From Rhizaria sp. SCN 62-66 (taxonomy: Eukaryota): 64,000 bases of DNA. Made by a program: the position numbers and the translations under genes. The stretch lies in assembly GCA_001724265.1 (NCBI GenBank), contig MEDY01000020.1, forward strand, positions 62,001-126,000, read 5' to 3'. The notes below the pieces were generated by a model. It searched no databases and was not told the DNA's origin. It saw only the letters and a program-made list of their open reading frames with translations. Below, in pieces: positions 22,002-35,229 of the stretch. Positions within the stretch are counted from its first letter, which is position 1, and every line of letters begins with the position of its first letter.

Positions 22002-22576
22002 TCAAGTCGAACCGACGTGAGGCGCAGCGGAGCCCTGAGCAGCTTGTGCACCAGTGGCGGATGCGGTGGCGGCTGCGGCGGTGGCGGCTTTGCGCGCTGC
22101 GTGCTGGCGGTCCGCCTCAAGGAGCTCGTCACCACGGCCGAGGATCTCCTAAGAGGGGGCAGGCATGGAGCGAAGTTGTGACGGGAAGAAAGGAGGTGGG
22201 AGCGGAGACGGGGTCAATGTGAAACAGTGAGGAGGGGCGTGAGTGAGTGGGACAGGGGGCAATGTCGAGCATTGCTGACTAAATAGCAACAAAAAAGAAA
22301 AATTCAAGGCAATCCAACGTACACGCGCGCCCTTAGAGAAACGGATGAGGCAATAGTATCCGATAACGTAAGCTAGAAAGGGACGAGCAGAGGAGTGGAG
22401 AGCAGGGTTAGGGTTAGCCTGAGTGATCTAGCGAGCTCAAATCATGTGCAAGAGAGAAATGGGTAAAAAAAAAACAACGTACCGAGGATGATAGTGGCGA
22501 TCATAATGAAGAGTGCGCCCCAGAGGCGCGGGTCGCTCCACTGCAGCCGCTGAACGAAGGCCTTCGCCTGACTCAT
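22002..22576 (-). CDS. Small single-pass membrane protein (96 aa); 3 exons (22576-22483, 22372-22323, 22148-22002); absent from the ORF track
   Basis: Two GTACGT...TAG introns give an open frame MSQAKAFVQRLQWSDPRLWGALFIMIATIILAYVIGYYCLIRFSKGAREILGRGDELLEADRQHAARK...; one hydrophobic helix; ends TGA. Confidence 0.7.
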
Positions 22577-22908
22577 CGAGCGCTTCGAGATATGGATTAG
22601 CACCGAGCGAGTACGAGGTGAAGACGGACGAGCCTAGAAGTTTAATTTAACAGGAATACACAGTGAGCAATGATATTAAGCGTAATCTTTGCAGATTTCT
22701 ATTCTGACGACGGTTTGTGTCACATACGAAGTTTGTATTACGAAGTGATGGCCTGGCTATCGGAGAGCACGGACGCAATGTGGCCAGAACGCTATTTCAA
22801 CGCATAGAGCAACATACTCTTTGCATCTGCAGCTTAAAACACGAGAGCGGACTTTGACGCATTGATGCCACCCAAGTACAAGCAAAATACACCACGACCA
22901 GCTTTACT

Positions 22909-23934
22909 TCACTCGTCGTTGACCTCCTCTTCCTCCTCGTCGCCATCGTCGCCGCCCTTCTGAGCGCGGCGGCGCGCGGCCTCGGCCTTCCTGGCGACGG
23001 CGTCGGCCGCGGCGGTGTCGGCGCGCATGGTGCTGGCGCGCTCCTTCTTGAGGACATCGTCGGCGGCCTCGCGCGCGGCGCGCTTCTTCTCGATGAACGG
23101 GAGGTACACCTCGTGGTAGTCCTCGGCCAGTCCGTCGATGGCGGTGAAGAGCTCGGCGAGCCCGTCACCGGTGACGGCCGAGAGCGCGACGGTCTTGATC
23201 GCGCGGTAAAACTCGTCCAGCACAAGCGCCATGGAGCGCGAGAGCGAGGACATGTAGCTGTCGTGCTCGCGGATCGCGTCGAGAAACGCGTCCAGGTCGC
23301 GCATCCACTCCTGCAGCGGCGCCGCAGACGCCACGTCCGTCTTGTTGAACACAAGCAGAAAGGGCAGCTTAGTCTTGAACATGATGGAGCAGGCGTACAT
23401 CATGTTGGACATGAACGTCACCGGCGAAAGGTTGCGCGGGGTGTCGACGACGTACAGGATCGCCGTGGGGAAGGTCGCCGCGAGCGCCTCGGTGATGATG
23501 GCGCCGGACGCGGACCACGTGAAGACCTCGATCTGCCCAGGCGTGTCGACGAAGACGTAGTCAAGCGAGTCGCGCTTCTTCTCCGCGTGCGCGAGGACCT
23601 GGTCGAAACGCGTGGCGAAGAGGTTGAGCGAGGTGACGATGCCGCCGTTAGGGCCGAGGCCGTATTGCTTCATCACTTCCTTGTACTTGACCGTGTCGCG
23701 AATGTCGATGTTGGCAAAGTAGGGCAGCTCGCCGCCGCCCACGGCCGGGTCAAGGTTGATGAAGTAGGCCGCGTCGCGCTGCTCGTCGGGCAGCTCGTCG
23801 AAGTGCGCGCCCAGCCGCTGCATCAGTGTCGTCTTGCCGGAGCCCGCCATGCCGATCACCAGCAGCGTCACGGGCTTCTTGCTGCGCGCGCCCGCGTCCG
23901 GGGCCGCGGCGGCGCCGTCGAGAGAAGAAGACAT
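22909..23934 (-). CDS. GPN1: GPN-loop GTPase 1 (XAB1/Npa3), RNA polymerase II assembly factor (341 aa)
   Basis: [84 protein letters not shown]; ends TGA. Confidence 0.96.
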   Translation of the reverse strand: MSSSLDGAAAAPDAGARSKKPVTLLVIGMAGSGKTTLMQRLGAHFDELPDEQRDAAYFINLDPAVGGGELPYFANIDIRDTVKYKEVMKQYGLGPNGGIVTSLNLFATRFDQVLAHAEKKRDSLDYVFVDTPGQIEVFTWSASGAIITEALAATFPTAILYVVDTPRNLSPVTFMSNMMYACSIMFKTKLPFLLVFNKTDVASAAPLQEWMRDLDAFLDAIREHDSYMSSLSRSMALVLDEFYRAIKTVALSAVTGDGLAELFTAIDGLAEDYHEVYLPFIEKKRAAREAADDVLKKERASTMRADTAAADAVARKAEAARRRAQKGGDDGDEEEEEVNDE

Positions 23935-24425
23935 CGCACTGGGCCAAGATCGGTATGGAGAGGCGTGCGGGGGGCGTGAGGAGCGAGGGGAATGGCGGGA
24001 GAGGTTCGGGAGTTAGTGAGCAAAATAGACGTAGTGCGGAGTTTGGAGCCAGGAGGGGGATAACAAGCGCGAGGCAAGACATAATAATAAAGAATTAAGT
24101 TGATAACTATCTAGTATACGGTGATGCTAATCGCGTGGCTACTGACGGACTCCTCGCATCACGCGCATGGCCCGGAGATCCCGAAGTCGGACTTGCATCA
24201 CGGCCCACGTTGCTTAAGGTTGATTTCCTCGAGTCTCGGTTTTGCGCCGTTACAGCGACGCCACAAGTCTGTTAAGTGTGATTATAACTTGTGATTCAAA
24301 CTGCCACATAGGATTTGTGTTGCATACTTTTATAATATCTCATATATTTCTCTCCCCGTCGTGATATCCCCAGTTCATCTCACCCTACCCACAGCGCCTG
24401 CTTTGCGCTGCCATTCTGCCCCCCG

Positions 24426-27400
24426 ATGAGGCGCTTTGTGTCCCCGGCCGCGACCACCTCGGTTGCGCGCCGCGCCACAGCCGTTGCCGCCGCCGTCACA
24501 TCTTCCACCGCGGCGCCAGTCGCCCGCGGTGTTGCGCCCATCGTGCTGCCTGTGCCTGTGCTCGCTGACAACGCCTCCTCGTTGCTCAACACTAACGCAG
24601 TCTCTCAGCACATGCAGCAGCTGGCTGCCGCCACGACTGCGCGTAAAAGCGCCACATTTAAGTCATTTGCGCCGATTTCTAGCGTTATGCACGCGCACGC
24701 TGACGATGTGAGCGACTTCAACGGCCTAGGCGCTGTAGTATCTGCCGTTCCTTCATCTGCCACTGCAAGTTTTGCTGTTGATGCTTCAGTCGCTATCTCG
24801 GTGAACTCTGCTGATTTCGCTCCCAGCCGTGGGCCCTCAATGCTGCGCGCTACTTCCCCCGTGCTTGCACCCTCACAAGCTGCATTGTCGCCGCCGACAC
24901 AGCAGCAGACGCATTAGCAGCCGCCATCGCAGTCGCCACAGTTATCTTCTGACCCCGAAGTGGCTGCGCTGCTGCTGCGCGGCGACCACCGCGGCGCGCT
25001 CCCGCTGCTGCAGCGCCGCCTGGCCGCCCACGCGCGCCTTGTTGCCGCCATCGAGGCCGCCCGTGCCGCCGCGTCAGACTCTGTTCTCAGATCACATCTT
25101 CTTAACAACCCTGAGTCAGAGACGTCGGACGCAGCTGCGACTGCAGCCGCGGCGGCTGCGGGCGCGGCGGCGCTGGTGGCGGGTTGCCGCGCCGCGTTTC
25201 CGTGCTGGACTCCGCCCACCGCGGGCCCGCCGCACCTGTTCGCGGGGCACAGCTGCGCCGACAACGCCGACGGCAGCGAGGACACCAACTCATCCGCCGA
25301 CGACGTCAGTGTCGGCTCGAGCTTCAGCGGCGACTACAGCGACACGGTGCGCGGGCGCGCGACGCTGGACGAGGCCGCGCTGCTGGCGTCGCTGCCCGCC
25401 GTGTACTCGGACCTGTCCGCACTCTTCCTCTGCCTCCTTAACACGCCGCCGCCGCGCCCCTCGCCGTCGTCATCTGCTGATAATGCAACACCTGCTTCTG
25501 CCTCTGCCTTGGCCTCGGTGCGGTTTGGCGGCGCGGACACGTCGCTGGCAAGCATGGACGCGTTTTTCGCGCTGCTGGCCGCGGACCCGCTGTCCGCGCT
25601 GCTTACGGCGCCCGCACACTGCGCGCTCGCCCACGGTCACAGCCACGGCTACGGCTACGGCCACGGCCTCGGCCACGGCAACATTCACGGTCTCGCGCAC
25701 AATGTGGGCGGGACGGGCAGCGCTGTGGCCGCCGCGGCCGGCGGCGGCGGGCGCGGCGGGGACTGGCGGCGGCGGCGGGTGCAGGCGCTGCAGGACGCCG
25801 CCGCTGCCAAGGCGGAGCTTCTATCTCGGCTCGCGCTCGCACTGCCGCACCTCGCCGACGATAGCGCGAACGCCAGCAGCACGAGCGGTCGCAGCGGCAG
25901 TGGCGCCAGGGCGGCGAGCGCGCGCGCGGCCGTGGCGGGCGCGGCGGCGATGCGTCCGCTCTTGGCCTCGCACTCGCTCGCGCACGGCCAGAATCAGAGG
26001 CAGAACCTTGGCTCGGGCGGCTCGCTGCACGGCGCATCGTCGCTGTTGAGTGAGACTATGCCCGCAGTCGCCGCGTCGCTGAACGTGCTCACTGTTGCCG
26101 GCGCCGACCTGGCGGCGCTCTCCGCCGCGGCCGCCACGATCGCCGCCCCCAGTGTCGCCGCCTCAAGCGTCGCAGCCAGCGCAGCAACGCCGGTGACGGC
26201 GCGCGAGGGCGGTGTTGCGGCCGCTGCGCTCGAGGCCCCCCGCCTCTTCATTATTGGCGCGCACGCGACCGCGCTTGCGCACGCCGCCGCCAGCGTCGCG
26301 GCTGAGCACGGAGGCTCCGACGCGCCCTCCCCGGCCGCTGCTGCGTCTGCGTCATCAGCCGCGTCCGCAACGGGGGCATCTGCCGCGGCCGAGGCGGAGC
26401 GGGACTGGGTCGACGCGCTGTCGCCCGCCCTCGTCGCCGCCGCCACCGAGGCCGTCATGGTCACGGGCGCCAGCTCCTCCGTTGCCCTCGCCGACGCGGC
26501 GGACGCGGACGACAGCAACGGCAGCTCCAGTCTCAACAGTGCAGTCAGCGGCGGCGTGGCCGGGGCGGACGCTGACTTGCTGTTGGCGCGCGCACGCTTT
26601 TCCCACCAGGACAGCGCTGCGGCCACGCGCTCCGCGCACGATAGCACTGACCCCGGCCAGAGTCTGAGCCAGAGTCGCACTCGCGGCGGCGGCCTCGGTC
26701 TCAGCACCGCGACCGTGCGCGGCGTGTGCGTCGCCGGCGACGCCGCGGCTGCGCGCTGTCTGGACACAGTCGCCCTGCCCGCACTTGCGCTGTCTGCCGC
26801 GCTGTCCTTCTCGCTCGCCGCGGCCCCGGGCGCCGCCGCCGTGCTGTCGGGGGCGCGCGCGGACGAGGCGCGCGCCGCGCTCGTGCGGACGCTGCTGCGC
26901 GCGGCGGCGGCGCGGCTGTGGGCCGCTAGCGTTGGGGTGTTTCACGCCGCCGTCGCCGTGTGCCGCGAGAACACGCTCGCCGTCGCGCCCGCGCTGCCGC
27001 GCCCGCTGCTATTACGCAAACACGCGTTCCCCGCGCCAGCGGTGCACTCGGCCGCGACGGGACCGATTGCCGCAGTCGCCGCGCTATCCGACTCGGGCGC
27101 CGCGGGCCCGCTCGCCGCGACCGCGTCCGCCGCCGCCACAGCGATCCACGAAGTGACGTGCGCGCGCGACTGGGGCGCGGGCTCGCACGTGCCCGCGCTG
27201 ACCGCCACGGTCGCCGCGGCGGCCGCGGCCGTGGAGGCGCTGTCTTCGTTGGCGCTGGCACCCGCGCTGGCCGTCAAGGACCTCGCGCGCACGGCGCCGC
27301 ACGTGCTTGCGCGCGCGCTCGACAACACGGCGCGGCGCGGGAACGGGACGGGCGAGTGCGACGGCGGCAGCGACTGCGAGTCGGCGGCGTTCCCCGCCGT

Positions 27401-30092
27401 GCCAGTGGAGGCGTACGACGTGTTGACGGCGGCCGCGCTGGCTGAGTTCCTCACCGCGCACGTCGGCCGCGGCATCACTGCGGTCAACAACGCGTTCATC
27501 GTGTGGGAGACCGCGCTTGCGGTCACGCCCGCAGTCACGGTCGCGTATCCGACGCAGTTCCACTCGCAAGCACAGCCGCAGCAGCAGCACCAGACGTCGC
27601 AGTCGCACGTGCAGCCGCTCACGGGCGCTGGCCCCGCGACTGGCGCCTCTCCTGCGACCGCCTCCACTGTGCACGTCCCCACCCCGGCGTCCGCGTCCGC
27701 GTCGGCCGCGGTCTCAGCGGCGGCGTCGGCCGTGGCGAAGGTGCTGTCTGTGGCGCCCGTCGCGCCGACTGTGAGCCGCACTGTCCGCGCTGCAGGCTCG
27801 GGCTACAGCTCCGCCTCCGAGTCCGAGGGACCAACGACGCCCGCTGCCGCCGCTGCCGCCGCCGCCGCCGGCGCGCCCGCTGAGGCCGCTGTGGCCGGCG
27901 CGGTTGCGGCCGCGGGTCTGAAGCCCGTCGCAACAGTACACCTGGACCCGCTCGCGCGCGTGGGCGCTGGCGGCGGCGTTGGCGCCGCGGGCGCGTCGTC
28001 CGCGGCGGGCGGCGCGCGCGCGGACCCCGTGCTGTCGGAGTTCCCCGCCACGCCGTCGATTTGTCTGGACGAGCAGAGCGAGGACGTTGTCGCGGAGGAC
28101 TTGGCGCGCGAGGGCGTCACCGCCGCGGTCGCGCGCACGGGCGCGGACACGTTCACGCCGATCCCGCGCTCGCCGCCGCCGCAGCCGATCGCGCCGCAGC
28201 AGCAGCAGCAGCCGCAGAAGCAGGCCGCGCCACAGACGAAGACTCAGTCGCCGCCGCAGCCGCACGCACAGTCGCAGGTGCATCTACCGCAGCATTTGCA
28301 CATGGCGCCTAGCGGACGCACCCCCTTGCAGACGCATGCGCAATCGAACTCGCATTCTAACCCGCACCCGCACCCGCACCCGCACCTGCAGGCCGCCGCG
28401 GCGTCCCCGCGCGCGCGGGGCAAGGGCGCGGTGTCGGTGTCGCTGTCGCCGAAGGCGTGCGTGCTGTCGTGGTCGGAGCCGGCGACGCTGGCGCACGCAC
28501 CGCACCTGGAGACGCTTGTACGCCTGCACGCGGCGACGGCTGCGGCGACCGCGGCTGCCACCACGCTCGGCCCGCACGCCTGGCTTGAGCGCCTTGAGCG
28601 CCAGCAGCGCCAGCAGCAGCAACAACTGACCGAGCAGCAGCAGCAGCAGCATCTGCTCGGAGTCGGCAAAGAGCGTCGCCACGCCGTGCTGCGCCGCCAC
28701 CGCGCCGCGGCGGGCCCGTGCCTGGGCCCCGCCGCCGGCGGCGGCTCGGCTGCACTTTGCTACCAGGTCGAGGTGCTGGCCGAGCGCGCAGTCAAGAAGT
28801 CGCACCGGCACGCCATCACGGCCTCCGCGGCCGAGACCGAGCTCCGCGCGTGCGCGCCGTGGCCGCTGCTTGCCGCGCTTACCGCGCTGCCGTCCACGCT
28901 CGCGCTCGGCTTGCCGTCACAGGCCGCGAGCGCCGCCGGCGCCATCGTCGGCGTCAGCGACCGCGAGAGCGCGCGCGCGGCGACGGCGATGGCGATGGTG
29001 CGCGCCCCGATCCGCGCGGCGTGGCACGCGCTGGGGTTGCTGGCGCCGCCCGCACACAGCGCGCTCGCGCCCGCCCCGGTCGACTCGGCGACGCACCAGC
29101 AGCAGCACCACGACCAGGCGCTGGCGCAGGCGCAGTCGGTCTTCCCGGCGGGCTCGCTGCAGTCGTACCTGGCGAGCTACTTCGCCACGGCTTCCCCGCC
29201 CTCGCTTATCGCGGCCTCGCAGCACTGCATCGAGACGCTGCAGGCCTCGGCGCCCGCGCTGTGCGCGCTGCTGGCGCCGCACCCGCGCTTCGCGCTTGCC
29301 GCCGCGCTCGCGACTGTGCGTGCGGCCACGGCCGCCGCCGCCGCCGCGCGTGCCGCGGGGCTGCCTCTCACGGGCGCGCGCCTCGACGCCGCCGCGGGCG
29401 AGGCGGGCGCGGCCGTCGCCGTTGACGCCGGGCTCGCCGCCGCCATCGCTGCCGAGGCCGAGGCCGCCGCGCGCGCCGCGTGGGCGCAGCCCTTCGTTGT
29501 GCTGCCCGCCGGCGCGGCTGCTGCTGCTGTCGCTGCGGGCGAGAGTGCCAAGGCCGCCGCTGCCGCCGCCGCTGCTGCAGCTGCCGCAGCGCGTGAAGCC
29601 GGGCGGCCCGGCGCGGGCAAACTCGGCCCCCGCGGCGGCGCTGACGCAAGCGCTGGTGCTGGTGACAACAGCGGCGCGACCGGCGGGCCCGTGGTTGTGG
29701 TGACGACGACCAACGCGCCGGGCATCGACGGAACCGTCGTGATCAAGCCGCGCACCACCGGCGGCAGCGACGGCGGCGGGAACGGGCTGACCGCGGCCGC
29801 GATCCTCGACGGCGACGCGAGCGCGCCGCTGCCGCCGCTGCCCGCGCCCGCGCCCGGCACGGCCCCGCTGGCGGCGCTGCACTTCCAGCTCACGCTCGCC
29901 GTGGCCTCGGCCTTCAACGACGCCGGCATGACTCTGGTGCAGCTGGTGCAGCTCGCGGCGCCTCGCCTTAACCTCTCACTGCTGCGCGCGATGCAGCTTG
30001 CGGGCAATGAGACCGCGGCCGTGCAAGCGGCGAGCTCCAGTGCTGGGTCACGTCTTAACATTGCTGGCGCTAGCAGCAGCTCCAGCAGTAGC

Positions 30093-30129
<37 letters not shown>

Positions 30130-33100
30130 GCAGCAGCAGCAGTGACAGTAACAGCAGCAGCACCGCCGCTAGCAGAAGCTTTAGTGCCAGCACTCCTGCG
30201 AGTTACGGCTCCAGCTCGAGCCAGAGCGCGGCATCCAAGGCGACGCCTTTGATTGCGACCACTTCGGTGCACGCGAGCGCGGAGGCGGTTGAGCGCGCCG
30301 AGGCCGAGGCCGCGACGGCCGAGCAGGCACGACAGCAGGCGAAGCAGCGCGCCGCGGCGACGCGGCTGGCCGGCGAGGACGCCTTCCTGACGTCGGGTGC
30401 CGCGGCCGCCGCCGTCGCCGCGGTCACTGGCGGCGACCACGCACCGGACATGGGCGAGCGCGCGAGCGCGGGCAGTCGCTACGCCAGCCCCGAGCGTAGC
30501 GCCGCCGTCAGTCCCAGCGCGAGCGCGCGGCTCGAGAGCGTGCTGACCGCTGACGCCGTTGCCGCTCCGCGCGCGGCAGGCGCTGCTGCTGCGGCTGCTG
30601 CTGCTGGCGCGGGTCGCAGCACGACGGCGCCCCCCGCGGCGCCGGCGACCGGCGCTTTGCAGGGCGGCGAGTCCGGCAACGCGGCCGGCGCTGCCGGACT
30701 GGCGGGCGCCGACGCAGTGGGGCTGTTCGACCTCACGCACTCCGAATCGGGCCGGGCTCGCCGCGAGCGCGCGCGGCGCGGCTGGGTGCGGCTGCTGCCG
30801 CCGCCCGCCGCGCTGGCGCTCACGGCCGAGACCGCGCGCGCGGTGCGGCCCGGTGGGTTGTGGTGTTTCGGGCGCTACTGGCTGCCTACGACGCTGTTGC
30901 TGTCGCCGCCAGTGCCTGCCGCCGCGGCCGCGGGCCCGCCGATGGTCAGCCGGCTGCCGTTCCTGACAGTGGCGTCGCCGCTCGCCGGCGCGAGACTGCG
31001 CTGCACGCGCGCCGCGGCGCTGGGCACGGTGCCCGCCGACGCGCTCATCAGCGGCGCCGCCGGCGCGCTCACCACGGAGCACTACGCGCTGGTGGCCGCG
31101 GCCGACGGGACCGCGCTGAGCAGCGCGCCTAGCAGCGACGCTGCGGCCGCGGGCGGCGTGCGCGCGTGGGTGAGCGAGGCGTCACCGCTGCCGCACGTGA
31201 CGCCCGCGACGGCGCCCGCGCTGACCGACTACCTCACCCGGCTGGACATGATGGCCAACAAGGCGCGGGCGCACTTATCGCGCTCGCTCTGGCTCAAGCT
31301 CACCGCGCTGGGGCTCGCGCACGACCTTCCGCTGCCGGGCCGCGCAGTCTCAGCAACAGCGTCCGCGGCGGGTGCAGCGGGCAACGCGCGCGCGGGCCAA
31401 GGGCCCGCGCGCGAGGGCGGCGGCGTGGGCTCTGCTATGGCTGCGGCCGTGGAGGCGGGTGTTGCGCAGGCCGCTGCGGCGACGCGCAACACCACAAACA
31501 CAACGCTGCTTGCGGGCAAGCCCCATGCGAGCGACGCCGACGCTAGCAGCGCAGACGATTGCCACAGCAATAGCAGCGACAGTAACAACAACGTGAGACG
31601 CAGCAACTACGGCAGCGGGGTTCTGAGCCCGGAGCTTCCCGGCGTGAGCGATGCAGCCGTTGCGGCCGCGGCGGCCGACGCCGTCGCTGCGCAGGGTCGC
31701 GCCGTCAAGGCCTGGCTGGCCTCCGTCGTCGCCGCGCCCACAGTCGCGGCCTCCGCTCCCGTGCCCGCCGCGCAGCCGCGCGAGGAGCCCAAGGGCCGGC
31801 GCGCGGCGCTCAGCGCGGCGGACGCGGCGCAGCATCTGCGGTACCGCCCGCCGAGCTCCGCCACCGCGAACTCCACTGCCACATCGGCTGCGGGGCTGCT
31901 CGCGAGCGCGGCCGCGGCGGTGCCGACGGTGGTTGCGAAGCACGTGGCGGGCCCGGTGCTGGTGTCGGTGTCCAACGCGATCCGCAACACGACGGTGCTG
32001 CTGCTCAACGCGGGCGGCGGCGCGGCGCACGTGAACGGGCACGGGCACCACCACGGCCACAGCCACCACCACGCGCACTACGTCGCGCAGTCGTCGGTGC
32101 TGTCGGCGCACATCGGCGAGACGGTCGCCGCGGTGGCGCCCGCGCTGCTGCCGGTGTACGCATACTGGGCGCGCGAGGTTGCGTTTCACACGCACTGCGT
32201 TGCGAGCTCGGGCGCGTCGCTGCTGCGCGGGCTGCCCTCGGGGCTCGGCTGGCCGCGCGCCGCGTTCCCGCCGCTGCAGCACCTGGGCGACCGGCGGCCC
32301 GGGGTCGCGCTGGCTGACTCATGGGAGGCCTTCGCGCCTTCGCAGGCCAGCGCCGTGCTCAAGAACGCGCACACCAACCTCGCACAGGCCGCGTCCGCGG
32401 CCGGGGACTTGCCCGCCGCGGAACTGCACTCCGCGCTTGCGTGCGCGCTTACCGCGTGGCTGCCCCAGGTCGGCGAAGAGGCCGCGGCGCAGAGGCTGCA
32501 GCAGTAGCGGAAGCCTGCGCCGACGAAGGCGCTGGCCACGGTGGACGTGGAGGCGGCCGCGGATGAGGTCGCGGTCAACAAGGGCGTGCCCCCGGCCCTG
32601 GGCCGCCTCGGCCAGCTGCCCAGCAACAGCCTTGTCTCCAGCTCTTTCCCGGGCGCGGGCTCTGGCTCTGGCTCGAAGAGCGGCGCGATGCGCGCGGACG
32701 CGGTGTTGACGCAGCTGCTCGCGCATTGGGCGCGCGTCCCCACGTACCCGACGTCGCAGCCTGAGGCAAACGCGCTCATCATGAAGGCGTCGCTGCTGGG
32801 CCAGCTGGGCGCGCTCGCGCAGCAACAGCACCAGCTTGAGAGCCGCATCGCCGCGATCCTTCGCGCGCGCGACGGCCGCACGCTGCCGCCGCCCGCGTGC
32901 CTGGGCGCGCAGGCCGCGTTCTACGCTAAGTTTGTACACCCGGGGACCGTGAACAAGACCAAGGGCGGCCGCACCGGCGGCGAGCGCGGGCGTGCGGCGG
33001 CAGACGCGGCTGCGAGCTCTGGCGCCGGTCTCGACGTCGCGGGGCTCGCTGAGGCACTGTGTCGGCGTGGCACTTCGTCGGCGAACGCGGCGGCGCTGCA

Positions 33101-34100
33101 GGCGCGCGCGCGCGCGTCGGCTGAGCGCGCGGTAGCGGCACTGACTGGCGCGCTCTCCGCGCTGCAGGCGGCGTCGGCGCTATGGCCGCCGGGCCGTCTA
33201 CGCGCGCAGCAGGTGCTGCATCTCGAGGTGGACCCGTGCGCGCCGCGGCTGTCGGCGGCCGTGCTGCTCGCTGCTGACTCGGCGCGCAGCCGCGAGCAGG
33301 CGCTGACGCTGTCGGGCAACCTGGCACAGGCTCTGGTCGACGCGCGCTCCCCGCAGGCCGTGCCCTTTATCGACTCGCTCATCGACGCCACGCTGCTGCA
33401 CCGCAACGCCGCGCGCCTCTCGTTCCTGTACGCCGACGCGGCCCGCCAGCGCGCGCGCCTCGCAGCGCGGGGCGGCGGCGGCGATGGCGACGCGGGCGTC
33501 GTGGAGCTGATGATGACGCGGCCCGTGACCGTAGAGCTGGGCCGCACGCCCGCGCTGGCGGAGCTCTTCTGGCGCAAGGCCCTCGCCGCGCAGCTTTGTG
33601 GCACGCCCGTGACTAACGGACCCGACGCGACTCCCGCCACCACGACCGCCGCGGCAGCGACAGCGAGCGCAGTCCCTACCTCGCCTGCGACCGCCAGTGC
33701 CAGTACTACTGCTGCGCCTGTTCCGGAGCCGAAGCCGGACCTGGACACGGCGGAGCGCGCGCTCTTCTCGGCGCTGTGGCATGCCAGCGCCGCGCCCGCC
33801 GCGCGGCCCGGCCGAGGCACGGTCGGCGCCAAGGACGCCGACGCCGACGCCGACGCAGCGGAGGAGGAGGAGGACGCGGACGCGGCGTTCGAGGCGCGCG
33901 GCCCGCTGGCGTTTGCGCGGCTGGCGCCGCACCCGTCGGTGCCGACGCGCGTGTTCAACGCCATCGTGCTGCAGTACGCCGAACTGCTGAGCAGGCGCGG
34001 GGACCTGGCGTCGGCCGCGATGGTCTCCACGCATCTCGTCATGGAGCCGGGGGGTGGCGCGGACCCTGCGTACATCCGCCAGGTTTTGCGCTCGGGCTGA
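24426..34100 (+). CDS. Giant Ala-rich hypothetical protein (3,224 aa) with two in-frame TAG codons (24915, 32505)
   Basis: ORFs 24426..24917, 24960..32507 and 32541..34100 are in one frame, separated only by single TAG codons, with unchanged coding-like composition across the junctions; ends TGA. No family recognised; weak TPR-like helices near the C-terminus. Confidence 0.7.
30072..30161 (+). repeat. Coding (AGC)n poly-Ser tract
   Basis: Imperfect AGC run encoding SSSS...RSSSSDSNSSS. Confidence 0.85.
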
Positions 34101-34531
34101 GAGAGCGTAACGGGTGCTCGTGCTAACTCACCGCGCTCACCAAACACCAATGAACAACATGCGACACATATTTATTTGACGAGGTTAAAGTTTAATAGTT
34201 TCTATAATGATTCGAATACATACAATATTTTAACTTGTTTGGTGTTGGGGTGTCTCGTGGTAATGCTATTATCGTTGTATTGTGACGACAAGTGGATGTA
34301 TGCGACATAATCGTACCTTGCCGTGAGAGTTACCAACACAACTCAAGCTCAGAGCTGTTTACACCAACCTTGTTTTCTGCATTATGTTATGCAACATCCG
34401 ACACGGCTATTGCAGCCGAACTCATGGTTTTACCAGTATTAAATATATACGCTGCCTTAATTATATACTGCCAGTATCTCACTAGCTCTCTATGTGCGTC
34501 TTTTTTTCTTTCATCGTTGCTCTGGACAGAG

Positions 34532-35229
34532 ATGAGTTTGGCCAAGTCTTCCCAAGCGTTCCGCCGCAATACTATCGGCATGGTTGTCTTTATGACTGTT
34601 GCCACCTTCATTGTGTCTGGCCTTTCTAACCAGAAACGCCGCATTGTAGGTTTTCATGTTCATATTCTTGCACTAGGACTCGTTTCTTCTTCTTGCCTCG
34701 ATGCACATAAGCATGCTTCGTATTCGTTCTTTAAACACGGCTGATCATGATGATATCATCGTCCACAACACACACATTCGCAATATCATTTACAATTACT
34801 CACATATTATACGCTTACTGTGCTATTTTCTCTGCAAGACAGAAGGGTGACACAATGCGCGACGCCGACTACCTGGCCGACAACCTCAAGAAGCACGAGG
34901 TCAAGCCCGAGCAGGTTCAGAACGAGATCAAGGTGCGTTCACAGCATTATCTGTAGATTTTCAACGCACTATTACCATGCCATTATATTATTGTGATGTG
35001 GTCGGCGTTGCGTGCTTTCTGGTCTGCAATCATATGCTCACAACTTCCGCCGTTCTGCGTTCCTTCTTTCTTCACTCTTTCACGATGCACGATCCATCCA
35101 TTTGCGCGACAGGCCATGCTCGAAGAGTACGACGGTAAGGACTATGACATGGTGCGCATTGCCCGTCCGCCGACGGAGAGCGAGGCCGCGCTGCCGTCTC
35201 GCCCAGAGTTCAAGGGAAAGCAACAGTGA
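34532..35229 (+). CDS. COX16: Cytochrome c oxidase assembly factor COX16-like (106 aa); 3 exons (34532-34645, 34843-34932, 35113-35229)
   Basis: N-terminal transmembrane segment (IGMVVFMTVATFIVSGL), then a charged region and C-terminal DYDMVRIARP, resembling the COX16 'D..E.vR.pRP' motif; phase-0 introns GTAGGT...CAG and GTGCGT...CAG; ends TGA. Confidence 0.7.

Noticed and set aside
22404-22417. Telomere-like AGGGTTAGGGTTAG
   Set aside because: Only about two units, inside an intron near the branch-point region; likely chance.
32469-32507. Tiny GT...TAG introns as an explanation for the internal TAGs (e.g. GTCGGC...CAGTAG, 39 nt)
   Set aside because: No GTACG donor and no pyrimidine tract; GC-rich, coding-like and far shorter than the 110-226 nt introns seen here. 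Not formally excluded without RNA data.
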